A stretch of DNA of 64,000 nucleotides. Origin: an uncultured virus (IMG/VR IMGVR_UViG_3300037245_004196) (lineage: Duplodnaviria > Heunggongvirae > Uroviricota > Caudoviricetes). Under the pieces are notes generated by a model. It was not told the origin of the DNA. It did not search any database and was given only the letters and a program-made list of their open reading frames with translations. The stretch is from the IMG/VR virus record IMGVR_UViG_3300037245_004196; one strand, written 5' to 3'. Within the stretch, counting starts at the first letter, position 1. The number at the start of each line of letters is the position of its first letter. A program made the translations under genes and the position numbers. Positions 21,528-31,645 of the stretch are shown here, one piece after another.

Positions 21528-23480
21528 ATGGGTTCGGAATTAAGTGAATATTTAGAATCACTTCAAAACACTCCTGAAATTATAGAAAAGAAAACTAAAT
21601 TTGAAGAACTAAATGAACAATTAGTGTCTTCTCAAGATATTGAATTAGATAGTGAGAAACCCTCTCCTACATATTATGATTCTCAAATTGGATTAATAGA
21701 GATTCAAGGACAGATTTATTTTGATGGAGATATTGGGCCAGATGGAGAACTTGTTGAAGCTCCAATTTTAGGTATAAAAGAATGGGCCTATAAATATGAA
21801 GAATTTCCACAAAAAATCATGATTCAAAATCCGCGTAATCGGAAATATTATCAGAAAGAAATAATGCGACCGGCAGAAATAAATGATTTGGAGGTTCGGT
21901 TTCATGAAGAGATGATGGTTCATGATCGAATTTTATTACTTGCGTTTAGGGGTGCGCGTAAATCTACTGCGGGAATGCGTTTTGGTAAAAAGGCAGTCTT
22001 AGATAAAGGCGTAACTCTCGCGTATTTTTCATCCAGTGCAAGCTTAGTTACAGATTATTCAGAAGAAATTAAATCTCAATTTACTTATAATAAACGAATT
22101 CTGAAAGATTATGGTTATATAATTGACGAGAAAAAGACTAAAAGAAAAGATCAAATGTATTGGATGAAACAAAGAAGAAGTGCTGCGCGTGAACCAGGGC
22201 TTGCAGTGGGGTCATCTCCAGGATCTGGAAAAGGGAAAAGTCGTATTGGAGGTCATCCTAATATTTTAATTATTGATGATCCAATCGGAGAAGAACAAGA
22301 AGGTAGTGCGCTCTTACGAAAGAAAGTAGCTCGGTGGTTTTGGAAACAAGTATGGCCTATGCTTACCAGTGATACTCAACTAATCATTATTGGAACTATG
22401 AAACACCCTCAAGATCTTTATAATGAAATTATTGAAAAAGAGATTATGGAAGTCATAAAAATTCGTGCTATTGAAGAATGGCCTAATAATGGGCAAACTG
22501 AAGCATTTTATGAAGTAAAAGAAGGTAAGTGGTATTATACTCGATTTAAAAAACCAAGTGAAAGGAAGGCAAAAATAAGAGGGGTTGCTGGAATTGTTGG
22601 TGGGCGCGCAGGGTTTGATGGATATTTTGAATCTCATTGGAACGATCCTGGGCGCGTACAATATTTTCTTGATGATGATAGTTCACTTGGAATTGATAGA
22701 AATCGAATGGCCCTTCAAGAATTTCTTATTAAACGACATGAAGTTAGTCCGGTTAATTTCGAATATGAATATCAATTAAATGCAATTCCAGTTGAAGCAG
22801 GATACCTGGCCTGGGATAGAATGACTTCTTTTGATTATGAAGATGAGGGCATTCCATCCAAAGAAGAACTCCATTTCAACTGTCAAGCCTTTTTTGACCA
22901 ATCGTTTGGACAATCAAATCGCGCAGATTATTGTGCAATTGCGATAGTAAGTCGAGTAGAAGATGAAATGGAAATTAATCATTATTATCTTCTCGACCTT
23001 AAAGTATGGCGCGGAGGGGGAGTTGGAAAGAAAGAACAAATGATGGCTGCTTTAGCTGAGAAACATCCTTATGTTGAACATTGGGGTATTGAGGCAGACG
23101 TTATAAATTCAGCAGATGCAATCTATTTAAAACAACATTTACCGGAATTAGATATTATTCCAGTATATCAACGCGCTAAGAAAAATGATGAAGAAGAAGG
23201 GGTTGAAAGAACAAAGGTAGTTTATAAATTACCAGATGATATTAAATCAAATAAGAGAGCGAAAATTATCCGTATTTTAAATCAATTAGATGTTCCAATG
23301 TCTATGGGAAGAATCCATCTCTATAAAGGAATCGATCCGGAAGACATGGTTAAATTTAATGCTTGTCGGAATTTTCCAAAGTGTGAGAAATTTGATCCCC
23401 TTGATGCAAAAGGGTCTGCAATGGAAATGTGCGATAATAACCAATCATTTAAAGATTGTTTTTGGGACCACAATAATTAA
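21528..23480 (+). CDS. terL: Terminase large subunit
   Basis: Walker A AFRGARKST, Walker B ILIIDDP, IIIGT motif, EYQL, RNase H-like FFDQSFG...DYCAI, terminal D..DA. Confidence 0.92.
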   Translation: MGSELSEYLESLQNTPEIIEKKTKFEELNEQLVSSQDIELDSEKPSPTYYDSQIGLIEIQGQIYFDGDIGPDGELVEAPILGIKEWAYKYEEFPQKIMIQNPRNRKYYQKEIMRPAEINDLEVRFHEEMMVHDRILLLAFRGARKSTAGMRFGKKAVLDKGVTLAYFSSSASLVTDYSEEIKSQFTYNKRILKDYGYIIDEKKTKRKDQMYWMKQRRSAAREPGLAVGSSPGSGKGKSRIGGHPNILIIDDPIGEEQEGSALLRKKVARWFWKQVWPMLTSDTQLIIIGTMKHPQDLYNEIIEKEIMEVIKIRAIEEWPNNGQTEAFYEVKEGKWYYTRFKKPSERKAKIRGVAGIVGGRAGFDGYFESHWNDPGRVQYFLDDDSSLGIDRNRMALQEFLIKRHEVSPVNFEYEYQLNAIPVEAGYLAWDRMTSFDYEDEGIPSKEELHFNCQAFFDQSFGQSNRADYCAIAIVSRVEDEMEINHYYLLDLKVWRGGGVGKKEQMMAALAEKHPYVEHWGIEADVINSADAIYLKQHLPELDIIPVYQRAKKNDEEEGVERTKVVYKLPDDIKSNKRAKIIRILNQLDVPMSMGRIHLYKGIDPEDMVKFNACRNFPKCEKFDPLDAKGSAMEMCDNNQSFKDCFWDHNN

Positions 23481-23481
23481 G

Positions 23482-23495
23482 TTTAAATATTTAAA
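23482..23495 (+). promoter_or_regulatory. Palindromic TATA element TTTAAATATTTAAA
   Basis: 33 nt upstream of ATG at 23515. Confidence 0.7.
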
Positions 23496-23514
23496 GTTAT
23501 TATAATTATATATT

Positions 23515-23700
23515 ATGGTTTATTATTGTAGAGACTGTCATCAAAACTGGGAAGATGCTGTTGCAATATTTGAATGGCGTTATGTCAAAAAAATCCCATT
23601 AAAAAAATGTCCTAAATGTGTATTAAATGAAAGGGATAGAAAACAACTTGGAAGTCACCCCGAGATAACAATTATTGACGACCCCATAGGAGATGAATGA
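23515..23700 (+). CDS. Small zinc-finger protein ending in a TerL Walker-B-like peptide
   Basis: CRDC...CPKC then GSHPEITIIDDPIGDE. Confidence 0.7.
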   Translation: MVYYCRDCHQNWEDAVAIFEWRYVKKIPLKKCPKCVLNERDRKQLGSHPEITIIDDPIGDE

Positions 23701-24027
23701 ATATAACAAAATATTACGTCATATTCCACCCCGGACAATCATATAGTAGATGGAATCTCAGTTTCGATATCCTCATTAAAAACACGTGGTTCAACCGGAA
23801 ATTTCAAAAAAGAATACTCCAACGCTTTGAAATGTCGTTATATGGGAGTTGTCCTACTGCTCAAGGTTATGCCGCCAAACATGGATTTCTCGTGCTTGGG
23901 GGCCAAGATTTTAATCATAATAAGTCTACTAATATCTGCCAGATGAAGGAGATTAAATCCATCATGCCCTTAAAGCGGCGCATATTTTTAAAATAATTTT
24001 TTTATCACCAAAAACAAGGAAATTAAA

Positions 24028-25038
24028 ATGAAAACAAAAACATGTAATCTCTGTAAGATGCCCATACGTGTAGAAGGCGCGTACTGTGAGCATTGTGGAA
24101 GTGATAAATTTGTAAAAAAGATTAAAACTTCCGTTGTCGGTAAGGCGGCAAAAAGTCGAAAAATGAAAGCGATGGTGATGATGATGATGGTTCTATTCAC
24201 CGGTGTGGCAACTGGGGCGTATATCTATAGCAGAATTAATCCCCAAGGTATGGAATTGTATAATCCAAATTACGATACCGAACATCTAACTATGGTTGAT
24301 ATTATGGATAGTCCAGGCATTCTTAAAGAGGGTTTATTCGAGAATGTTAAATTGGGCAAAAATACAATTACAGATACAATAATGATTGATTTAAGACATG
24401 GTAAAAGTGATAGATTTTTTAATATAACTATCCAATATAATCCAGATTTATTTGAAATGACAATTGATTTTTCCCAACCGACAAACTATTTCGTTGTGAA
24501 ATATATTGACTATGGCAGTTATAAGTCAATATTACTTCAAGGATTTGATGATGGTAGTTCCCCATTTGAAGGTGGGCAAGGTTGGTTTCATTTAGAAACA
24601 ACTGATGAAGATGCCTATTTTGATATATATTGTGAGAGTTTTTACAGACCATTTGAGAACAGCACAACAATAAACACAGCCTTTAATTTAGACTATTTGA
24701 TGAATGATACAGTCAAACTAAGAAATATTGGTTATTCAGAAGCACCAGATTTGGCTGGAGAATATTCCCCGTGGATAAACGAAGTATATTTCACATTTAA
24801 TGTCAGTGAAATAAGTGATTTTATAACTTACATACAGTGGGGAGGGACTTGGATTGGTAATGCTGGTGAATTCTCACTATACAATAGTAATTTTGATAAA
24901 CAAACTAATTATAATTTCGTTTTTGGATTTAATGATAATAAAATAGAGTTTCTTAATCTAATACCAGACAGATATTATGTTTGTTTCCAAGGAATTTCAC
25001 ATATTACTGGGCTTGGTGTGGATTTCACGCTATCGTGA
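24028..25038 (+). CDS. Zinc ribbon + single TM + beta-rich, probably extracellular domain
   Basis: CNLC..CEHC, basic stretch, AMVMMMMVLFTGVATGAYIY helix, several NxT/S sequons. Confidence 0.7.
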   Translation: MKTKTCNLCKMPIRVEGAYCEHCGSDKFVKKIKTSVVGKAAKSRKMKAMVMMMMVLFTGVATGAYIYSRINPQGMELYNPNYDTEHLTMVDIMDSPGILKEGLFENVKLGKNTITDTIMIDLRHGKSDRFFNITIQYNPDLFEMTIDFSQPTNYFVVKYIDYGSYKSILLQGFDDGSSPFEGGQGWFHLETTDEDAYFDIYCESFYRPFENSTTINTAFNLDYLMNDTVKLRNIGYSEAPDLAGEYSPWINEVYFTFNVSEISDFITYIQWGGTWIGNAGEFSLYNSNFDKQTNYNFVFGFNDNKIEFLNLIPDRYYVCFQGISHITGLGVDFTLS

Positions 25039-25547
25039 ACCTTTTTTCTTTTTTACCACCAAATATGAGATGAATAAAAATGTCAGAAACTAAACGAACC
25101 CCACAAGAATTTCAGAAGGATGTCTTTCTCTCCAATATCTTAGATGTTTTATGGAGACACGACATTAAAATGAAAGAATCCCACCAGATGTCCAAGGAGA
25201 TCATGGCTAATCTACAAGAATGTTTTTATTTTCTTCATAAGGTGTATTAAATTATGATTCAACTAAAACTAACTGAAATGAATTTGTGTCCTTTTCTCTT
25301 GGACCGAATCAGTTCTACTATTATTGAATGTTCAGTGGCCGGATTTATTGATGAAGTAGATTGTAAGGCCTGTGAATTAAAACAAGATTTATTAAAAAAT
25401 AAGGAGGGAAAATAATGCAAGAAGAAGAATATAAAATGCGAATTCAATGTCCACATTGTGAAAAATTTATTTGGGTATTATTAAAGAAAGAAGTGCAAAA
25501 AGAAGAATAAGTTAATTTTTAAATAGTAATATTGTATTTATTATCTT

Positions 25548-25720
25548 GGTAGTCCATACTTAGCGGCATCGAGTCATATCCACTCGGTTATCTCTTGGAG
25601 TTCAGTCCGAGAGTTTTTTTCTTATGATCGCACCAGAAGATTTCCCTATTCCAAACGTTGACCTCGGAGGATGCGCCCTTTAGGGGACCGATAGATGAGC
25701 AAGGCGGGGGGAATCGAATT
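25548..25720 (+). ncRNA. Putative structured RNA upstream of portal
   Basis: GC-rich island; TTTAAATA at 25518; hairpins ATCGAGT/ACTCGGT and CTCTTGGA/TCCGAGAG; further stem 25639-25715; T-runs. Confidence 0.5.
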
Positions 25721-25808
25721 ATTTTTTTCCTAATTTTAACCAATCTTTTTATTTTTAAAGTAGATATAATATAAGTATAACTAAGTAATATTTTTAGGAA
25801 TTTAAAAA

Positions 25809-27581
25809 ATGTCAAGTGCAGCTACAGAATTTTATAATTCATTACGCGCCCATACTCATTTCGAATCTCTTGGATCTTTTTCTGATAATGCACCATTTTA
25901 TAGTGCAACTCAATTTGGAAAAGGTGGTAAACCAGAGTTTTATTATCTTAACAATCCTACAATGTGGGAGTTATACCGAACCGCACGGAATACTGAAATA
26001 GGATTTAGATTGACTTATGGATTTGCGGGTCATGTTTGGAACAATGATTTTGGGCTTGTATTTCCTCGTGGAACCTTAAATGAAGAGGAGGTAAAAGAGA
26101 AGAATATCTTAATCAGGAAACATTTGAAAAAAATCAAATTTTATTCGGAGTTTGAAAAAGCAACCGGATTTGACTTTGAGCAAGGCGAATCATTAGCTTT
26201 GATATATAGAGAAGGGGATGGATTAGAAGCCACTACGAAAATGCTTCGAAAACCTAATTTTAAAAAGAAAGTCATTCGTGTAGAAGCAATAAATAGACAA
26301 GATTATACTATTCCATTACAAGGGGCATTCGGTGCGCCAAGTGAATATTTAATTCGATTTTATAAAATGGGTGAAGGAATGCCTCAATATACCGTTCATA
26401 GAGAAAGAGCGATAAGAATTAAAACCCAAGATATAAATTACAATCAATTCAAAGGACAAGCAATTTTACGATCTTGTTTTTCATCCATTCAGATTTTGCT
26501 TAATATTAACCAAGCAGCTTCTTATGCTGCTTCGCGCTGGGGTACAGGTAGACCAACTATTTTTACTAAAAACGTAAAGAAGAAAGATTTACCTGAGATG
26601 AAAGCATTAATTGGAAATCCTTTAAATGATTTCTGGTCAATTTTGCCGAGTGAATTTATTCAAAAAATTGAAATGTTGGGAATTGGACAAGGCGCGATGT
26701 TAGATTTAAACGGTCTTTCAGATCTTTTAATAAATCAAATAGTTGCAGCAAGTGAAATTCCACGACCAATTTTAATGGGAGAAGTCTCTGGAATTGTTGG
26801 AGCGGGAGAAGTAAATGAAAGAAGTTATTATGCCGCGCTTGATAAAAAGCATTCTCAATTAGAGAAGTTTATCTATGAATTTTTTGAAATCGATCCGGAA
26901 ATTAAAGAAATTTTAGGCGATCTTTATTATGAGATTGATTGGGGTTTACGACAAGTAATGACTAAGCTTGAGAAAGCAGAATATAATATGAAGATATACC
27001 AAAATGCTATCTCGGCCATGAATTATGCAACCTTAGATGAATGCAGAATTATCGCGGAATTACCAAAATTAGAAACCATAATGGATGATGAGGCAGCTAA
27101 ATATTTTTATGGTGAAGAAATGACTGCTAAAATGATTGGACAATTAATTCCAAGCTTAGGGCAATGGCGGCAACCAACTGTGCGTGAAGTGTTAGAAACG
27201 CCTGAAGAGCGTGAAGCAAAATTATTGGAAGAAAATGAAACAGAACAATTAGTTGAACTTAACCAAAAGAAGAATACTCCAAATGCTCAAGTACAAAAAC
27301 CTAAGAACGCATTACATGATCCAGGGAAAGAACTTAAAAGAAGGGAATTAAAAACTGCGCGTTCTCAAGCGATGGCAGATAAAGATAAAATACGGAGAAA
27401 AATTTTATCTGATGTTAAAAATATGACGATTAATGAAATGTATAATGAAATCGTTATGTTGAGAAAAGAGAGTTCTATGGAAAAAATAGCCGGAGAGATA
27501 AATGTTTCAAAAACAACATTGAATTCTTTATTCAACAATCTTAAAATCCTAAAAGAGAAATGGGTCCAAGGTGTCAAATAA
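25809..27581 (+). CDS. Portal protein (DUF1073-like) with C-terminal extension
   Basis: VHRERAIRI, GQAIL, IVAASEIPRPILMGE, YY, TLDECR motifs; position after TerL. Confidence 0.88.
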   Translation: MSSAATEFYNSLRAHTHFESLGSFSDNAPFYSATQFGKGGKPEFYYLNNPTMWELYRTARNTEIGFRLTYGFAGHVWNNDFGLVFPRGTLNEEEVKEKNILIRKHLKKIKFYSEFEKATGFDFEQGESLALIYREGDGLEATTKMLRKPNFKKKVIRVEAINRQDYTIPLQGAFGAPSEYLIRFYKMGEGMPQYTVHRERAIRIKTQDINYNQFKGQAILRSCFSSIQILLNINQAASYAASRWGTGRPTIFTKNVKKKDLPEMKALIGNPLNDFWSILPSEFIQKIEMLGIGQGAMLDLNGLSDLLINQIVAASEIPRPILMGEVSGIVGAGEVNERSYYAALDKKHSQLEKFIYEFFEIDPEIKEILGDLYYEIDWGLRQVMTKLEKAEYNMKIYQNAISAMNYATLDECRIIAELPKLETIMDDEAAKYFYGEEMTAKMIGQLIPSLGQWRQPTVREVLETPEEREAKLLEENETEQLVELNQKKNTPNAQVQKPKNALHDPGKELKRRELKTARSQAMADKDKIRRKILSDVKNMTINEMYNEIVMLRKESSMEKIAGEINVSKTTLNSLFNNLKILKEKWVQGVK

Positions 27582-29113
27582 TGGTAATTAGATGTGAATG
27601 GTGTAAGAAATGGTTTAAATGGAATAACGATAAAACTAATAGAATATGCCCAGAATGTGAAGGACGTAAAAAATCACTGAAGGACAATAGTAAAAAAGTT
27701 CATTTATTTAAAGATGCTCAAGTGATAATCGAGGAAACTAAAATGTCGGAATCGTACGGAAAACTATCAATTCAAAGGGATTTTTCTACATCAGCAGGAA
27801 AACCATCTGTCTTAAAAAACGTAATTAAAATTCCTGTGGTGTTAGCTGCGGAAATGGTTCAATGGTATCTTGTAAGCGAATTACCACAGTGGTTACAAGA
27901 TCAATATCCAAAAGACAAGATGTATATTGCCATTTTTAAACCATTTGAAGAATTAGAAAAGGCAATCGACTCCCCGCATAAAATTCCCGCGTGTATTAAT
28001 CATCCAAAAGGGACTTTTCTAAAAGATCAGAATCCTTACGATTTTGAAATGAATAATTATGTGAAAGAAGAAGAAGTAATTGCTTGGATTAAAGATTTCT
28101 GGGCCGATCCAACCTCGCGCTCTATTAAGGGATTTGCATATATTACCATTTCAAAAGCTCCAGATAATCTCTTAGAAAGATTGTTGAGAGGGGATATTAT
28201 TGATGTTAGTATTGGATTTGGTGCTACATTTGGAAGTGGAGGTGAATATATTAATCCAGAAGGATGGGGTGAATTATATGAGCTTAAACAAGAGAATATT
28301 AAATTAGGTCATTTAGCCATATTATTAAATGATGAAGGGAAATGCACGATAGATAAGTGTGGACTTAATCATGATCATAAAATTTTGATTGAAAAAGATA
28401 AAAAACCTCATTTCCAAAAAGATGGCTCAGTAATGGGACACATTGTTGATTTTGTCGATAGTAAAGTTCAAGTGAAATTTAAAATCAATCAAACTGACCA
28501 AGCAGTTGTACTTAATACTGAGAAGGACATTCAATTAGATAATACTCCCAATATAGCGGATATTGAAAAAATTGGAAATGATCTAATGACTAAAACTGAA
28601 CTCGAACTTTTGAAAGAAAAATATGCTGAACTTGCAGATACCAATAAGAAATTAGCAAAATCCATCTCTCAAATGAAGACGACAGAATTATCCACACAAT
28701 TAAAAGACACAAATGATGAGTTAAAAATAACTGCATCAGCCCTCAAAAAATCAAAAGCAGATTTGGAAGAGTTAAATACCAAACATGAAGCTCAATCAAT
28801 ACTTTTTGATAAAAGGAATAGCGAAGACAAAACCAAGCTTATTGAAAAAATTGCTAATCTAAAAATTGATGGTTATTCTGCGGAAGAATTAAAAGATGAA
28901 ACTCTTTGTGATTTAAAGAAAATTGAAAGAATTGCAGATAAAGTCTATAGTAATAATGCGGATAAAAATCTGGCGGCAAATGGTCTTAGGAAACCATCAG
29001 AAGCAGACTACGAAGCGAATCATAGCGGGGAAAACAAGGATGAAAAGAAATTGCCATCCACTTCCTTTAATATGAACGATCTTCGTAAAAAGAGAAAGGA
29101 GAAGAAAGAATAA
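27560..29113 (+). CDS. DUF2213-like prohead protease/scaffold with N-terminal zinc ribbon
   Basis: NHP, DVSIGF, QENIKLGHLAIL...GKC...CG; C-terminal coiled coil. Confidence 0.82.
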   Translation: MGPRCQIMVIRCEWCKKWFKWNNDKTNRICPECEGRKKSLKDNSKKVHLFKDAQVIIEETKMSESYGKLSIQRDFSTSAGKPSVLKNVIKIPVVLAAEMVQWYLVSELPQWLQDQYPKDKMYIAIFKPFEELEKAIDSPHKIPACINHPKGTFLKDQNPYDFEMNNYVKEEEVIAWIKDFWADPTSRSIKGFAYITISKAPDNLLERLLRGDIIDVSIGFGATFGSGGEYINPEGWGELYELKQENIKLGHLAILLNDEGKCTIDKCGLNHDHKILIEKDKKPHFQKDGSVMGHIVDFVDSKVQVKFKINQTDQAVVLNTEKDIQLDNTPNIADIEKIGNDLMTKTELELLKEKYAELADTNKKLAKSISQMKTTELSTQLKDTNDELKITASALKKSKADLEELNTKHEAQSILFDKRNSEDKTKLIEKIANLKIDGYSAEELKDETLCDLKKIERIADKVYSNNADKNLAANGLRKPSEADYEANHSGENKDEKKLPSTSFNMNDLRKKRKEKKE

Positions 29114-29589
29114 TGGCCGATGAAACTTATATTGGAAAAAAGATAGGTAATGTATTTGCCGGAGGAAATTCTTCTACAGAAGGTGGTGTTAAAGTGGGTG
29201 ACGCTTTTGGTCCTGGGGATTGTATTAGAATTGTCGCGGGAGTTGCATATATTACAGCTTCTGGCGATGCTTTATTAACGGGTGTTGCTGCCTCTAAAGC
29301 CGGTCATGCTGATGATGTTGTTTTTACAGTAGGAGAGATTGTTGAATATTATCCGATCGGACAAGATACCAATGTCCACATGAAATTAAAGGGTGCTTCA
29401 GGGCCAATTGCGGTTGAAGAAGGTGAAATAGCTTCGTTATCCGCAACAGACGGTCAAATCCAAAAATTTGCCTATACTGATGCAACAAAAGAAACAGACA
29501 CCTTATATTTGAAAGTCGGTCGCTTCGCAGAAGCAGACGCAGGACATGCCACGGAAATGCGCATAGTCGAAGTTAGTTTAGCAGGTTAA
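29113..29589 (+). CDS. Capsid decoration/cement protein
   Basis: Gly/Ala beta-rich 158 aa between protease and MCP. Confidence 0.7.
   Translation: MADETYIGKKIGNVFAGGNSSTEGGVKVGDAFGPGDCIRIVAGVAYITASGDALLTGVAASKAGHADDVVFTVGEIVEYYPIGQDTNVHMKLKGASGPIAVEEGEIASLSATDGQIQKFAYTDATKETDTLYLKVGRFAEADAGHATEMRIVEVSLAG
29182..29300 (+). repeat. 119-bp exact direct repeat (second copy 30833-30951)
   Basis: Identical nucleotides inside the two decoration genes. Confidence 0.95.
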
Positions 29590-29594
29590 TCAAA

Positions 29595-30722
29595 ATGTCA
29601 TCCGAAGCATATAAACAACCAGTCCTTTTTAATGACGTTCTCCATCAAAGTGTTGGAGAAGCTGCAGTTTCTAATTTTCGTGATTTCTTAACTGATACTA
29701 TTGACCGAGACGGTAAAGTCATTAAGACAGCAGCAGAAAAATACAATGATCAAGCAATGGCACGCTTCAATGATGCCTCTTATGCTTTAACCCCTGAAGA
29801 AATTACCACAATTCAAAGTACCATTTTGGAAGTGTTAATGTGGAAACCCAAGGCAGATGGCGTGATGCAAACTGATCAATTAGGAATGGGTGCAACCAAA
29901 CATAAATTTTATAAATGGAATAGAGTACCCGCCCCTCGTGAAACAATGACGTTTGAAGGGGGAAGAAATGTAATTGCTACTAAACAAGAAGTGGAAGTTG
30001 AATTACTTGGGTTAGATTATGATTTTCATTTTTCAAAAACAGCAATTGATGCTGCCCGAAATCGAGTCGGATATGTTCAATTCAACAAAACAATTGACGT
30101 AGGAACCGTTTCAATATTAACTGAATTTTTAGTAGAATATCGAGACAAATATTTATTCTTAGGTTCTACGGGAGCTGGTTTAACATCTGGGCTTGCAAAA
30201 ACAGGCTTATTAAATGATGCTAACTTAACCGATCCGGGTGCAGTAGGAAATGCAGATAGTTTAGTGGCAGCAGGAAATGTATTAACAGCTGGAACTGACT
30301 TGGCTAATTTCTTAATCGGAAATAAATTTGAACCTCCATTTGTTTTAGATTTAAGTCCAGGTGTTATGATGCAAGCTTTGAAAAACAAAAATGCAACTAC
30401 ATTTATTAGTGACTATAAATACCTAAAAGATTTAGAAGCTCCACAAGAATTTGGAACAAGTAGTATGTTTGCAGACATTCGCATCAATCCGTATATGATT
30501 GATTCAGACACAGAAGTAAATGCCACCGGAGCAATGGCTTGTTATAAGACTGGATTCCAGAATTTCCATATTGGTGAAGGCTATCCAATTGGATATTATC
30601 CTAAAGTGCCACAAGGACTTGGGATCGATGGAAAAATCTTATGGATGGGTCAAACAATTCTTCAACGACCTCTTTCTGTTGCATTTGCAAATGCATTGAC
30701 AACTGATGTTCATGCCGCATAA
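29595..30722 (+). CDS. Major capsid protein (HK97 fold, encapsulin/DUF2184-like)
   Basis: 375 aa; EEITTIQSTILEV, DKYLFLG...TGLLN, PFVLDLSP; synteny. Confidence 0.82.
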   Translation: MSSEAYKQPVLFNDVLHQSVGEAAVSNFRDFLTDTIDRDGKVIKTAAEKYNDQAMARFNDASYALTPEEITTIQSTILEVLMWKPKADGVMQTDQLGMGATKHKFYKWNRVPAPRETMTFEGGRNVIATKQEVEVELLGLDYDFHFSKTAIDAARNRVGYVQFNKTIDVGTVSILTEFLVEYRDKYLFLGSTGAGLTSGLAKTGLLNDANLTDPGAVGNADSLVAAGNVLTAGTDLANFLIGNKFEPPFVLDLSPGVMMQALKNKNATTFISDYKYLKDLEAPQEFGTSSMFADIRINPYMIDSDTEVNATGAMACYKTGFQNFHIGEGYPIGYYPKVPQGLGIDGKILWMGQTILQRPLSVAFANALTTDVHAA

Positions 30723-30763
30723 AAATGCACCTTTCTTTTTTTAATTTTATTTGAGGGAAAAAA

Positions 30764-31579
30764 ATGACTGATCAAACTTATTTATTGAAACGTATAGGTA
30801 ATGTATTTGCCGGAGGAAAATCTTCCACAGTTGGTGGTGTTAAAGTGGGTGACGCTTTTGGTCCTGGGGATTGTATTAGAATTGTCGCGGGAGTTGCATA
30901 TATTACAGCTTCTGGCGATGCTTTATTAACGGGTGTTGCTGCCTCTAAAGCTGGTCATGCTGATGATGCAGATTTTGATGTCGGTGATATTATTGAATAT
31001 TATCCAATTGGACAAAAAACTAAAGTTCACATGAAATTAGCACCAATTGGTGTTCGTGGTCATCAAGAATGTGGACTTTCTGCAAAAACCGGAGCAACTG
31101 AAACTGGATTATCAACCACCACTCAATATTATTTTAAGATAAATATTGATGGAGGTGGGGTAACTGAATACGATATAACAACTGCAAGTGATTCCACTTA
31201 TGCTGCTGTTATTATTTTAATGAATGCAGAAATCACCGGTGCTGAATTCGCAATAGTTGGTGGTGATTTACGTTGTTCATCTATTACATATGGAGATGAT
31301 TCAGTAATTGCATTGACTGCTGGATCAACTGGAACTGATTTATTTGCAACATTAACTAATTTCTCTTCTTTTGATACCGCTGTAGATGGAGATGATTATG
31401 CTGTCAAAGAAGGCGAGATTGCTTCATTATCAGCAATAGACGGTCAAGTGAAATTATTTGAATATGCTAATTCAGCAGTTGCAACGGATACATTATTGCT
31501 TAAAGTCGGACGGTTTGTACAAGCAGATATAAGTCATGATACAGATATGCATATTGTTACAGTGAATTTGGGTGGTTAA
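30764..31579 (+). CDS. Second decoration protein with about 110-aa inserted domain
   Basis: N- and C-termini align to 29113-29589; central Thr/Gly-rich insertion. Confidence 0.8.
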   Translation: MTDQTYLLKRIGNVFAGGKSSTVGGVKVGDAFGPGDCIRIVAGVAYITASGDALLTGVAASKAGHADDADFDVGDIIEYYPIGQKTKVHMKLAPIGVRGHQECGLSAKTGATETGLSTTTQYYFKINIDGGGVTEYDITTASDSTYAAVIILMNAEITGAEFAIVGGDLRCSSITYGDDSVIALTAGSTGTDLFATLTNFSSFDTAVDGDDYAVKEGEIASLSAIDGQVKLFEYANSAVATDTLLLKVGRFVQADISHDTDMHIVTVNLGG

Positions 31580-31645
31580 TCTAATTTTTTTTTTCAATTT
31601 TATACTAAATTTTTATAAATATATTATATCTTAAATATAATTAAG

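Noticed and set aside
22470..22720. Intein in terminase
   Set aside because: No C/S start with HN-C/S/T end and no LAGLIDADG motifs
25695..25720. tRNA/tmRNA 3' end (attP) on the minus strand, TTCGATTCCCCCCGCC
   Set aside because: 5' side of the T stem does not pair, no CCA, and no integrase nearby
25588..25815. 75-aa minus-strand ORF
   Set aside because: Overlaps the portal start and upstream region; local GC is better explained by RNA stems
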